Shown here: in pieces, positions 41,574 through 55,464 of the stretch | How positions within the stretch are numbered: position 1 is the stretch's first letter | Layout of the letters: each line of letters opens with the position of its first letter | Source of the DNA: Octopus vulgaris | Taxonomy: Eukaryota | Assembly (NCBI GenBank): GCA_951406725.2 | Contig: OX597818.1 | Location: forward strand, 113,026,001-113,090,000 | Length of the DNA: 64,000 nucleotides | Direction: 5' to 3' | The notes under the pieces: generated by a model | What the model was told of the DNA's origin: nothing | The model's database searches: none | What the model saw: the letters and a program-made list of their open reading frames with translations, nothing else | Program-made: the position numbers and the translations under genes

Positions 41574-42157
41574 TGATTGATTGATAGATCGCTAGACATT
41601 CTCACTTCTCGAACGTTAAACTAATACATTTGTTTGTTGTTTACGCATCGTTTCGTCTTTGCTTTATTTTGTAAATTCTCACTATATACATATATATATA
41701 TATATACACACATATCAATTTATGATCCAATTTATATGTATGTCTGTATGTCTCTATATGTATCAATCGTTCAGCCTAACTACCGACCTACCTACCTACC
41801 TGCCTATATATTTATCATATTTACTAATCCATGTAGTGAGATGTCCGTTTGATCGCCCAAATGTGCATGTATGTTTCTGTGTATTGGAATGTTTCTATGA
41901 GTGCGTATGCCTGTAAGAAAAACATCAACTGTTACCGAACTAATTTCAGTATTAGGTTAACTCTAACTTGCTCATCGACTTCAGAGTTGTGGTACATATT
42001 TTAATTATTTTACATATTCAAGAGAAGAAGAGACAATGACTCTTGAAATTCAGCGCTTAAAAGCACTTTCAAAAATAACAACGTAGTTTCTCTATTATAA
42101 AACTCGTCTGAATGCGTGTGTGAGTTTGGACATGTGTCTGGAAGTGGGCGCGTATGT

Positions 42158-42425
<268 letters not shown>

Positions 42426-42567
42426 TATCTATGCATATATATACACACACATGTATATATGTGTATGTATATTACTTATGCATGTGTTTATATTTGTATA
42501 TGAACGTAGATACTCACAAATACATATATACGTACACATATACATGCATATATGTATACATGCACAC

Positions 42568-42602
<35 letters not shown>

Positions 42603-42984
42603 TATATGTATTTATGTATGCATGCATGTATTATCTATGTATTCATGCATATGTGTGTGTGTTTATGTATTATGTAATCAGTCTGAGTAATTACTTTCTT
42701 AATCTGACGCCTCTGTGAAAGAGAAGGAAATGGTAACATCGCTGATTCTCTTATGAGTTATTATAAATTAATGATCAGTTGATTTATTGCAATACCTCGC
42801 AGAGAAATATATTAAACACTTTCACAATTTATGTCGTATTACATAGTTCTTCCTATCCTTCCCCGATACGCATGTGTGAATGTGTGAATATATATATATA
42901 TATATATGCGGGAGGGGGAGAGGGAAAGAGAGAATATGTGTGTGTTTGCGTGTAGGTTTGTATGGGTGTGTGAATCTCCTTTCT

Positions 42985-43130
42985 GTGTGGTATGAAACTT
43001 GCTTCCCAAGCACCTTGATCCGGGTTCATTCCTATTGCGTGGCACCTCGGGCAAGTAGCCTCTGCCATGGTCTCAGACAGACCAAAGCTTTGTGAGTGGA
43101 TTTAGTAGACAGAAACTGGAAGAAGCCGTC
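42985..43130 (+). mobile_element. SINE family A, head half
   Basis: gggttcattcctattgcgtggcacctcgggcaag..gtgagtggatttagtagac. Confidence 0.75.
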
Positions 43131-43165
<35 letters not shown>

Positions 43166-43166
<1 letters not shown>

Positions 43167-43765
43167 GCAAAACATTCAAACACTAAGATTTGAAATCAGT
43201 TGTCATTACTGTTCATATCATCTGTGGATAAATTTTAAAATCAGAAAGGATTAGAACATTTAGTAGCACAAATAAAATATTATGCGATTGGGGGTGTCCG
43301 CAAACCAGGTTTCGGCTTTTGGATATTTAAACCCTGAGCCTCGTCAGTGTGGCCAACCGGGTAATAATCCATAAGAGTCATTTTAAACTCTGACTGTGCA
43401 ACTAGTTTTGTTTTGCGCCAAAAGCAGAGCAGAAGGTACATAAAATTTTATAAGTAAAACATTCAAACACTGAGACTTTAAATCAGATGTCATTACTGTT
43501 CATATCATCTGCGGATAAATTGTAAAATTGATGATATCACCAGCAGTGAAATAGGTGGATCGCAGGCGCAATAGCATTAAATAGCTATGAATTATAAATT
43601 TGCACGGAGCGTAAGGATGTTTAACAAGCATCTATCTGCTAGAAATAAGAGGTAATGTCTAAAATTTATCCACCGTACCGCACCAGAAAACAGAGAAAAA
43701 CAGTATTTTGAGGAAAACAGAAAGCATTAGAACATTTAATAGCACGAAAAAATAAAGCAACTAGG

Positions 43766-43769
<4 letters not shown>
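43166..43769 (-). mobile_element. ~600 bp non-coding (TA)n-bounded element with partial tandem repeats and an HHR
   Basis: 72 bp direct repeat 43169-43240 / 43456-43528; second repeat 43241-43278 / 43718-43756. Confidence 0.65.
43298..43352 (-). ncRNA. Minimal type I hammerhead ribozyme
   Basis: ccaca-CTGACGA-ggct..agcc-GAAA-cc t gg-TT-tgcgg. Confidence 0.72.
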
Positions 43770-43796
<27 letters not shown>

Positions 43797-43800
<4 letters not shown>

Positions 43801-45678
43801 GTATGTGAATTTTTTCAATGTGTACAAATATCAAGGAAAAATAAGTAAATATTTATCATGGTAGCAAAAATTTACGTAAGTGCCAAAGATATTACAGCCT
43901 ACTTATAAAGGTAGAAATTCCAGGGTTAAGTGAAATGTTTTTGTATGCCATGGATAAATTAAGAAATTGAGTCAAACGCAGGGGTTATTCAAATCTTCAT
44001 ATTTCCGTCATATTTTTCGAAGAAATCATTGATATTATTCCGGAGTGAATAAAATGATGTAAAACAATGCAATCATCTAATCAGGGAAAGAAAAGAGAAA
44101 CAAAGCATCAATAAGCTTTTTTTACCGAATGTGATTACCGCGTATATGATGAAGGGGTAACACTAGCAAGTTGTTTTCTAAAAAAAACCGTTAATAGATT
44201 TAAGGTAATTTAGAGAAAGAGAAGGCGGAGAAAGAAAGAAATTAAAAGTAAATGAAGTGTGAAAAAGTGTAGTGTGATACATGAATGGGAATAAAGCTTA
44301 ATATTGTAGGAATAAATATGTGTAGTGGAAATGAAATATAAGAAGACAGTTTAAAGATCGAATTTTATAGATTGGTAGTCATTACATGTTCTTTAAATGT
44401 GTTTACAAGAGTATTCTCCGAGAAAAGGATGAGAAATTGTTCTTCATTACAGAGCGGACAAAAAGATGTACTTTTATCATATGGGAAGGATCTACATGGA
44501 CTATACCATTCCAAATTGTATAATTTGTTCCTTTAGAGACCAAATTAATTTATTAAGCTCAGTATTGTTGCATTTATTGATATGTCTTAATGTAGAGTAA
44601 TAGTTAGATATACTTTTCAAAAACTGGGACGTTGAACTACCTATGTAAAAAAGACATCAGGTCTGGTTGTTATTTTACGTTGAAAACCCGAGTTTCTAGT
44701 CTTAGAATTACTGCTAAGGAAACGAATACGATTCGAATTGATATCAAAATATTAATATTGTTGTTATTATTGTTCTTCATAGAATGGTTAGCGTTAATAA
44801 TATCAATGTTATTATTTTCATCAAGTGTGTTTGTATTTAACAAATTATTGTTGTGCAAAGAAATGATTTGTGAAAGGTTTTTGTTGTTTGAAAAACCTAT
44901 CCTAATTCATTGTGAACTAATAATGGAATGGTATCCGGAATTTTGGGGGATGTTTTTAACTATAGCGTCATGAAACTGGTAAGTGGGATTGGATTGGATT
45001 TGCTTACCATATGGAATTATCAACCATACAATTTTCTTAGAACAACTTGTTACTAGGGTAATTATCTTTAAAAGTCCTAGACTTATTTTTATTACGTATA
45101 AAGGGATGTAAAGAACAGTTATCTCCCTTACGCTGCAAAGTTACAATTTTTCGATTTAGTGTAGTTATTCGAACTAAAATATATATTGTTATTACCGTTA
45201 TGACGTGTTTTCATGTCCTGATTAATAAGAGGTAGAATTAATGTCAATAGGTTTGATATAGGTAATTTTTTTCTTTATAGCCTGCTTTAAGTAAGTCAGA
45301 GTTATAAAATTCGTCTTTATCGTTAAATATATCAACATTAGCAGATAATCTAGGAAGTCTAAGTGAAATATTTCTAACTAAACTCCTTGTAATAGCCTTT
45401 GAATGATGAGTGAAATTAGCTAATATATTTTAAATTAGTTGGTGGATTATGGTATAAGAAATATGAATCATTATATAAGTTCAGAGTAATATAAAAAAAG
45501 TTGGCTCTAGTTATACCGTCATCGAAATCAATGCTTAAGCCCATGTTTCGGAAAAATTTAAGCAACCTATTTTTTATCCTTTGAAATGTTTGGTTAGAAA
45601 TAGTTTGAAGGTAGAGTAGACAATCATCATGATATAAACCTCCATTGATGTTTGGGAATTGGTCAGCCATATCATATA

Positions 45679-45716
<38 letters not shown>

Positions 45717-46080
45717 CGACCAAATCAGTCAATTGTGCTGAGTCAGAACTTCCCATCGTGACATCAAAACTGTTAGGCGTATATTTACGGACCCACAGTT
45801 TGTTTTCAAATTAAATGATCGACTTTCTGGCTGCTAACACCACATTAATTTCATCCCGGTTGAATTCTGCTTTGTTGTGTATAAACCAGAGCGGTTTTTT
45901 CAGTACAACTGAGTTAATAGAGGAATGGTTACTACAGATATCGAACTGGATAAACTTAGTGCACTTCTTGTTATTAATAAAATTAAACCAGTCGACCACT
46001 TGGAACGAATTAGAACATAAACTAAGCTTTAACTTTTTAAATAAAGAAGGAATATATTTATCTAGAACATTTTTAGTAAG
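43797..46080 (-). mobile_element. Heavily decayed PLE (second lineage): RT, GIY-YIG remnants and 3' non-coding region
   Basis: VVDWFNFINNKKCTKFIQFDI, FDVTMGSSDSAQLTDLV, GGLYHDDCL, RANFFYITLNL, RSFPYDKSTSFCPLCNEEQFLI; many stops and frameshifts. Confidence 0.82.
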
Positions 46081-46397
46081 TACTATAAAACCTTTTAAGG
46101 CGGTGCTCCAGTATGACCTCTTTCAAATGACTGAAACAAGTAAAAGACTAACAGAATATATGTTCGAATACTTTCTCGCAGAATGGGGGTAGTTGTACAA
46201 AAGACAGAATGCTCCAAGATTTCGATTAAAAAGAAAAGCAGCCATAAATGTTACATGTATAACATGACAAATGTATTTTAAATATTTGCGGGTTTCAGAT
46301 TTTAATCTCTTCGAGATTAATGGCATAATTCAGAATATGTAGTCAGGGCAGATGAGTTTTAGAATCTGAAGCTTTTATCAAAAATATTCGCCTTTGC

Positions 46398-46700
46398 AAC
46401 GGAACAGCCTGCAAGTGGCTGAGCACTCCAGAGATATGTGTACCCTCAACGTAGTTCTCGGAGAGATTCAGCGAGACACAGAGTGTGCTAAGGCTGGCCC
46501 TTCAAAATACAGGTACAACGGAAACAAGAGGAAAGAGTGAGAGAAAGTTGTGGTGAAAGAGTACAGCAGGGTTCGCCACCACCCCTGTCGGAGCCTCGTG
46601 GAGCTTTAAGTGTTTTCGTTCAATAAACACTCACAACGCTCGGTCTGGGAATCGAAATTGTGATCCTGCGATCGCGAGTCCGCTGCCCTAAGCACTGGGC
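46398..46700 (-). mobile_element. SINE family C
   Basis: Matches 1570-1933. Confidence 0.82.
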
Positions 46701-47834
46701 CTCGATATTCATTGGTAAATATTACATCAATAATAGTAGCAACTGAGTTTTAAAAATATATAATTTTGCATAAGGTTTTGCCGGTAGATACGAAAGATAC
46801 GATTAAATAATCTATAATAATTTATTCAAAACTTGTCATAAACGAATTTCCACTGGTTTTAATATGCACTACGTCATGCTATCTGAAATTTATAGCTACT
46901 TCGCTCATTGTAACTATAATTCATTACTGTGTAGCTACATAGATATACAGAAAAAAAAAAGTTTTTGCTCAGAAAACTAAAACAAAAGCTTTAATCTTCT
47001 TGTCAGTTCATATCTTACGAATATTTTATGCTGCTCCTCAGGATAAAATGTTGCTGAAGTAAGAATTACAATATAAGTTAAAATTTATCGGCGAGGATCA
47101 AAATAATATCGTTGAGTACATTCACTTGTAGAAGTAGTTGTAGTAATTTATGCGAGGTTTTAACTAATATACTCCGGAAATAACTTCCTCACTGCATGCC
47201 CAATATTTCTTGCAAACGGAATGTGAATAATTCATTATCTCGCGTGAATTATAAGAATTTATGTTATTTATCTCAGTGGTAAAGTTATTGCACCTCAATT
47301 AATTATTTATAAGGACGAATCTCTGTAATAACTGTCTACAATTTATAGTTATTGAAATTTATTTGTTTAAAAGTGAGGGCGACCACAGTGAATCAATATT
47401 CCTACGAGATTAACACTCGACCCTGTTCAATTCATATCTGTATATAATCATGACCTTTACTCAGCTAACAAACATGAAAACATTACGAATATCAAACCGT
47501 ATGCCTTCCCAATCATTTAAAAAGAATTAAAACACTCATAGGTGTTACGGTGGGCATACATTTTCTTTTCATCTGTTATTCAAATGATATGTTGTGAATC
47601 TACGAGCATGCAGAGTAGATTGATTTCAGTATAATATACTGTTAGCTTGTACATTGTCAGAATCTCGAAGGACCAATGTAACTTGAGGAGGACCTGGGTA
47701 TCTACGATGTTCTAAAAGTTATAGTCTACATTTTATTTCTAAAAACACTTTACATGGACAATTATAAAATCCTGAGTATTATAACTTCAACTATGAAATC
47801 TAGCATGCGATTCATGGCAATTTTTTGCAAATAT

Positions 47835-48037
47835 CTATTTCTTTGTAGCCACAGGGGCGGCTAAACAAAGAGAGGTCAAACAAGGACAGACAAAGGGAAT
47901 AAGTCGATTACATCGAGCCTAGTGCATAACTGGTACTTTTTAAATCGACGCCGAAAAGATGGAAAGCAAAGTCCACCTCGGCGGAATTTGAACGAAGAAC
48001 GTAACGGAAGACGAAATACCCCTCAGCATTTCACCCA
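47835..48037 (-). mobile_element. SINE family B
   Basis: Reverse-complement match to the 31437 copy. Confidence 0.78.
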
Positions 48038-49764
48038 AATATTTTTCGCAAATATTGTACGATATCACCGTATTCTCTAATGAGGTTTAGGAGAACGAAA
48101 CATTAAGCAACCCTTTCATCTAAACACCTTACACAGCTAATTTGTATAGTCTTCTCAACGTATGGACCAATTTTGGAAGATTCACTGGCAAAATATACTT
48201 CATCGCGTAGTATATAGCGGCGTCAATAACCACTTTTCTTGATAAAAAAGATGCTCGTATTACAAATTTGTCACGTGCGTTCTGCCTCATAAAATCTAAA
48301 CGTGCAGTACTAAATCTAACATTTCATAATATTTAGATATTAGGTCAAGTATGAGATTTGTAGTAAGGTATATGGTTAACTTTGACAGCTGCTCATTTCC
48401 TGTTATTTATCACCGTATTAAGTTGGATTTGTGCATTTAAAATATTTGTTTTGAAAAGTATTTGTTGAATATTCATTTTATATAATTGTCAAAACTAATA
48501 CAAATTAGCCGATTAAAGCTTCCATAAATAAATAATCATAATAGTATATATGTATATTTTAATATTGCGGTAAAGAAAACATCGCCTGGAACATTAAATA
48601 ATTGTATGTTAATTGCTTTTGTGGCTTGTGACTGCAATATTCGAGATTTATTTTACGTGGCTCATATATGAAGCAAATATGTTCAATTTTGATATAGAGT
48701 AATGCATTAAGATAGCTCTTTGTTTTTTCGAAAGAAAGTGATCATCAACTCTCCGAGAATGTACTACTAATCTTGAGTAACCTGGTACGGAAACCATCCG
48801 GGAGAGAAACGGCAATTTCTAAAATAATCATCAAAATATCTATTCTGTATATGCAATAGTAAACCAGCAGAGAATAACCATTTTCTTCCTACATCAATCC
48901 CCGTATATGTATTGCATTTTCATATATTTACATATAAAATTGCAGTTCTACTGTATGAAGGATGTATTCTTCAGACAAGCCGAGTATTTTCCTGTAATTT
49001 GATTCCCAACTTGCTGAATATATTTGTTTTCTGAGAGTAGCTTCACAAATGTCTAAAATGACTCCATCACAAATTCCTTTTATATTATAATATTATATTA
49101 CCTGCTATGTTGTTTTACTGTTGTAGCCCAGCATCCGCATCAAATTTATTTCACATTCTTACTTTAATGTTAGTTTTCATTATATTTTCTAATGATGTCT
49201 CCTTAATGTAAGACAAAATATTAAGTTTTTTTTTGTGTTTAGCAGATATTTATAATAAGTCGAAGTGTTATGGAGAATGGGTAGTAATATACAGTAATAT
49301 CTATGTTTGGCACAAATATTTAATGCTAGTAATTTTGATAGCCAGTACTTTTTTGTGCAGCTTAATGTGTTAATAAAAAGGAGACGCCAATGTTGAGAGA
49401 GACGGTAAAAATGCGATGTAAGTGGTTGATTCATGGATCACTCTAATGCCCCTTGTTAGGAGAATCCTAAATATCTATTGGGAGGTGAACCGAACGATAA
49501 GAGGAAAACAGAGTTGAGTTGCAAGACTAAGTAATTGCTCGTTGTGAGTGTTATAAATTTTGGGTGTCATGTGAGATTGATTTACGTTTGTGAGTGTTTT
49601 ATCAATTTTGAGGTCTGAATTATTCATTGGAATGTTAAAAGAAATTTCACTGCGATAAACATATGACCAATAAGTGATCTTTCGATCGTCCGTTAAATTT
49701 TCTACATTTTTAGGGCGTTTTAAGGAAAATAAATATTTATCTTCTCTTGTACGTTTACCATATA

Positions 49765-50150
49765 TTCTTTTCTATAGGGCTCGACATTTTGGGGGAGGGT
49801 CCAGTCGATTAGATCGACCAGAGTGCGAATGTGATTCTCAATTTATCGACCCGAAAAGGATGAAAGGCAAAGTCGACCATGACGGAATTTGAACTCAGAA
49901 GGTAAAAACAGACGAAATGCCCATTTCTTTACTGCCCGCAAGGGGCTAAACACAGAGAGGACAAACAAGGACAGACAAACGGATCAAGTCGATTATATCG
50001 ACCGCAGTGCGTAATTGGTACTTATTCCATCGACCCCTAAAGGATGAAAGGCAAAGTTGACCTCGGCGTAATTTGAACTCAGAACGTAGCGGCAGACGAT
50101 TTACCGCTAAGCAGTTCGCCCGGCTTGGTAAAGTTTCTGCCAGTCGCCGC
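49765..50150 (-). mobile_element. SINE family B dimer (full unit plus a second unit with the alternative tail)
   Basis: Two aaggatgaaaggcaaagt cores. Confidence 0.82.
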
Positions 50151-50295
50151 CTTACATTTACCAGATATTGGGTCAGTAATGATATACCTGTTTAATCAGG
50201 CATTTCGGCACATCATATACATCAGGCATTTTGGTACACTTACCAACCTTTTAAATGGAAGTGAAAGAAAACCAACAAACGATATTGTTTATACT

Positions 50296-50329
<34 letters not shown>

Positions 50330-50338
<9 letters not shown>

Positions 50339-50722
50339 TGAGGTTGTGTGCTGTCTGTCTCCTACGATTGAGATTCCTAACTACTCCCACATTTTGCGGT
50401 GCAGTTTAATCAACACCGGGTATCTTATAGTCGTTATTCATATCGAGCCTTTCTGGGTATTAGCGCGCGTCTACGATGAGTCTACGATTTAAAAAAAAAA
50501 TTACCACCATTTTTGTCCATTTTAATGCATTTTTTTCGCTATTATATAAGGGAAGTAACTCTCTAAAAATGTCTACGATGAGTCAACGATTTAAAAAAAA
50601 ATTTACCATCATTTTTTTCCATTTTTAATGCATTTTTTTGCTATTTTTGGGCTATAACTCTCTAAAAATGCTTATATAGTTATTTCCCTTACAAACCCGA
50701 GCAACGCCGGGCGATACTGCTA

Positions 50723-50723
<1 letters not shown>
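50330..50723 (+). mobile_element. Non-autonomous Helitron-like element with a different interior
   Basis: Termini shared with the 26431 copy (aaagtgaggttgt.. and acaaacccgagcaacgccgggcgatactgCTAG); internal ~102 bp duplication 50469-50670. Confidence 0.72.
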
Positions 50724-50756
<33 letters not shown>

Positions 50757-51316
50757 TCTTAGCCAGTGTTCCATTTGAACTTAGTGTCTGTCTTAATATT
50801 GTGATTGATCTACTCATCAGTAAACTCTTAATACTAAAACAAATATTCACCGCCACACATCTGTTCGTGTGAATCCATACTCATATTTACATGACATGAG
50901 TGTGAATACATGGGTGTGTGCGCGCGTGTATGCACGTACGAACTGAATTTATATTCTATGGCACTCTCATTTATGGCTGTGTTAATATGCATATATATTT
51001 AAATTCGCCTCATTTGCTTATGCATTTATTTACAAACTGAACGACATACCGTGCAAACTATTTGAAGCTTGAATTATACACGTGACACTGTAAATGGTTT
51101 TTATGATGTCTTCCAGAGCAATGCAAAGAAAGTGCCATCCTCAACCTTGCATAAATTTATGACACATTGATGAGATATTCTGACACATGAAACTCTCGTC
51201 TATTGTATCATCTGTAACTTCTTCTGATTATTAATAAAAAACAAAGCATACCGTCAGTTTTTGTTATTTTTTTTTGTTTCATTCTGTTTCTAACGATAAT
51301 AATATTGTAGGAAAAA

Positions 51317-51720
51317 GGCGACAAGCTGGCAGAAACGTTAGCACGCCGGACGAAATGCTCAGCAGTACTTTGTCTGTCGCTACATTCTGAGTTCAAATTC
51401 CGCAGAGGTCGACTTTGCCTTTCATTCTCTCGGGGTCGATAAATTAAGTACCAGTTACGCACTGGGGTCGATATAATCGACTTAATCCGTTTGTCTGTCC
51501 TTGTTTGTCGTCTCTGTGTTTAGCCCCTTGTGGGTAGTAAAGAAATAGGTAAGGTTAGTGGTCTTTACGTTATCAGTTCAAATTGCGCCGAGGTCGACTT
51601 TGCCTTTCATCCTTTTCGGGGTCGATAAATTAAGTACCAGTTGCGTACTGGGGTCGCTCTCATTGACTGGTCCCCTACCCCAAAATTTCAGGCCCTGTAC
51701 CGAGAGTAAAAAAGAATATT
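51317..51720 (+). mobile_element. SINE family B dimer
   Basis: Full unit 51317-51548 followed by a second unit with the alternative tail. Confidence 0.85.
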
Positions 51721-52681
51721 ATTGTAGGAAAAAACAAAATCCAGCCAATTACAGTGATGTTCAAAACTGCTCCATGATTCGAAATTTGCAGATCGGAACG
51801 TTTGCCGAGAAGGATATATTTCAATTCCATGATTTTTGGTAATAGTGAATATGTGTATTCGCTGAATGTATGAGAACTTGTTCTAAGGGTTAGATGTATT
51901 TGATGTAATGAGTGTCCAGTGAGGAAGTTCGATGGAACACCCTACTTACAGCCGAAGCCGTTAGAAAAAAATAAAAAAATGTTGCTGCAGGTTCTCTAGT
52001 CTCGGTTACTGCGCTCAACTCATCCGTTTATAATGGTTCAACTACCATTGTATCTAGAACACTTGTAGAAAGCAAGCATAATTGAATAAATGTGATCCAT
52101 TGGGATAATTTAATTCTAGTTCACATAATCTTGTGCAGGATGAAAAGCGAACTCTGAATTCAGAGAAAGAAATCTTGCTTTTTTAGTCTGTTTCAAATCA
52201 GCGTTACAATCATTATTGTCATTTTGCTGTGTGTTGTAGATAATAATTACAATCTAAACTATGTCTGGAAAGCTAAATTTTGAGAAAGAAAAACTAACGA
52301 AATTAATGAAACGGTAAAAAATCAATTTCAACAGGAAAATTTTCTAGGTGAATGACACTTTCAAAATTGAACAAAAAATCGGGGAGGTGTAACAACTAAT
52401 TTATAGTGAAAGGTAAAACAAGATTTAATATTGGTTCAGTAATATAGATTGACACAGTTTGAAATTCGACATTTGAGAAAAATTTACAAATCTTTTTAAA
52501 TCATGAGTCAGTACCAATTAAAGAAAAGATGTACAACTCTGTTCATTTCTAGACAGTGATGTCATGTATGAATAAATATTTATTCATCAGTAATTAACAT
52601 ATATGGATATATACAGAGAAACACAGAAAATCCCAAACATGCATATGTATATACATACATATATATATAGGTATATATATT

Positions 52682-52763
<82 letters not shown>

Positions 52764-53610
52764 AATATATATATGCACACATATATACATATAGGTATAT
52801 ATATTTGTATGTATGAATGCATGTGTGTATAAATAGAATTGTGGGCTTATGAGTGAAGACACTCTTATATATAGATTCACAGTCACACATGCACGCACAC
52901 TAATAGATACATTTGTACACATAGGCACATATGTATGCATTCCGTAGTCAATGTGTTGACCATTGAAATGGAAGCATAAATATTTATGACTGAATTATTT
53001 CGTTTGAGGTAAATTTGATCGAATGATTGATATTAAAATCAAATTATCTTGCAACATAAATCTGTTACCTCTTAAAAGGAAACTTCGGAGGAAAAGGTAA
53101 AAGAAACAACAAATATAGATTCATAAATTTGATAAATCAGATGTTGAGAAAGAAAAAAAAAACTGAACGTTAATATATTTACACCTGACAAAGCGGTATG
53201 AATATTTATAAGGATAAACAAGTTGTCATTGCTGATAACTCACATTAGAAAAGTATTACATATGCAGAAACATTTGGAAAGCAAATAAATATTAATTGGA
53301 GTAAATACGCACAAACAAACACACATATACACACATATACGCATATATGTATTTATATATGAATGTATGTATGTATACATCCATATATATATATATGTAT
53401 ATACATATATGTATCGTTAGACAAAAAATATTAAGTAGCTTATTTAAAAATGTTGTGAATTCTAAATTTAATAATGTTTTAAATCTAAACAGCTTCTTAT
53501 CAAAATGTACCACGTGATATATTCAATCTTTGAGAAATCTTACTTCAGCAGATTGCCAGATTCATTTAACCTTAGCTAATCACGGGTTCATTATGGAAAT
53601 CAAAACAATG

Positions 53611-53677
<67 letters not shown>

Positions 53678-53973
53678 ACTTACCCACATATTCATATTGC
53701 CTTTGTTCCTCCTTTTTCTTCTCTTTGTTTCTTCGTTTTCTTTTCTGACGTTTACATTTCAGCACGTCACGTAATGATAAGAAAAATATAAGGATGTTCT
53801 TCTCACGACACTAATAAATGGCTTCTGGGCAACAATAGGTGGATCTTAGAGTGGCAAGAGACTGAATCCCCCCACACAAACACACACAAAATATATTATA
53901 AATTCTACTATGGAATCGAGTTCTCATTTTTTCAACACTCAACCATAATGGTTTATATATATATATATACATT

Positions 53974-54009
<36 letters not shown>

Positions 54010-54125
54010 CCCCATATTATACATATATATATATATAATATGAGGGAATATTATTCCAAACATACAGGCAAAAATGCAATTTAGAAATATTAACTCAAAT
54101 TTCACAAAATATAACATATATATAT

Positions 54126-54385
54126 ATAAATTAGAAAAAAAACATCTTTTATCAATTAAAACTGAAAAATTAAATTACACCACAAACAATACTTAATCAT
54201 AGTTATATTTCTTATCTTATATTTAATCTTTCTATTATATATAATTTTCTGGATGGTGTAATTTAATTTTTCATTTTGAATTGATAAAATGTGTTTTTTT
54301 TTCTAATTTATAAAACTGTCCGATGAACGGCAACGTGAAACTCAGAGTAACAGGTTTTGTTGAATTTTCTGCTGCTTTAAATAAA

Positions 54386-54386
<1 letters not shown>
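54126..54386 (+). mobile_element. ~260 bp (TA)n-bounded element with a 5' inversion and an HHR
   Basis: Inverted repeat 54126-54182 / 54254-54311, then HHR, AATAAA and (TA)n. Confidence 0.7.
54312..54358 (+). ncRNA. Minimal type I hammerhead ribozyme, U4C core variant
   Basis: aaaactgt-CCGATGA-acg gcaa cgt-GAAA-ctc a gag-TA-acaggtttt. Confidence 0.72.
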
Positions 54387-54436
<50 letters not shown>

Positions 54437-54439
<3 letters not shown>

Positions 54440-54891
54440 GTGTGTGTAGAAACTCCGGGTTAAGTTGAAATGTTTTGTATAATGCAGAGAAATAAATATA
54501 TGGAGTTAAACGCAGTTGTCATTCAAATTCTTCTACTTAAAACTAATTCCACGCTTTTAAGCTTTATTCTAATCCACCCATTGCTCCATATTTCTTTATT
54601 TGTTTTCTGCTAATTTCTTTCTTTCTCCTCCTCTTTCTATAAGCTACTTTTGACGTTATATCTATTAACGGGTTTTTTAACAAAAAAACCGTAATAGCGT
54701 TCCCTTCATTATTATGCGCAGTCATCGCATTCTGATGAAATGTCTTATTGGTGTGTTTCGTTTCTTTCTTTCCCTGGTGACATTGCATTGTTTTACACCA
54801 TTTTATTCCTTTATGGAATAATATCAATGTTGTCTTCGAAATATATATTGAAAGTAAAGGAATTTGAATAACACCTACGCCTAACTCCATT

Positions 54892-54893
<2 letters not shown>
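54437..54893 (+). mobile_element. Rearranged non-coding 3' fragment related to the PLE at 43797-46080
   Basis: 54445-54530 matches 43913-44000 in the same orientation; 54560-54890 matches 43965-44250 inverted; (TA)n on both sides. Confidence 0.65.
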
Positions 54894-54946
<53 letters not shown>

Positions 54947-54949
<3 letters not shown>

Positions 54950-55464
54950 ATCAATATAGGGTGGCAAAAAAAATTTTGTAGAATTCTTTTGCCACCAGCG
55001 GCCTAGTGGGAAAAAATTAAATAGTCATAAACCATTTTTAAGTTCAACATCACAATCAAGGAACGGCCATAATAGGCCATTCACCCACTAGAAATAACAG
55101 CCAAAAGCTTTAACCGCAAAATAACGTCAATTCCGTAAACCAGGAGAAAATTGAAAAACATTTACCCTGTAATTTCTTAGACGATGCACCGTTTCATCTT
55201 CTGTTTAATGGAAAACTAACCTGATTAAATTAAATCAAGCCAATCTACCATAGGCCCTTAGATTCATCAGTAAGAAATAGCCAAGCCGGAACAGATATTT
55301 TTCACGAGGCATTCTCGTTGCTACCTCGTCAATATCTGACCTAAAATTTTCAAATCGTCGCAGTACGGAATTTTGTCAGTGATCAGATCGCGGTCTCAAA
55401 GCGTCGAAAATATATTGGCAAATAAATCTTAATGTTGAAGCTAATCTAACTGATTTTGTGTATT

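Noticed and set aside
54726-54790. CTGATGA followed by an aatgtc/gacatt helix
   Set aside because: No GAAA follows the helix, and the motif is not conserved in the homologous 44100 region.
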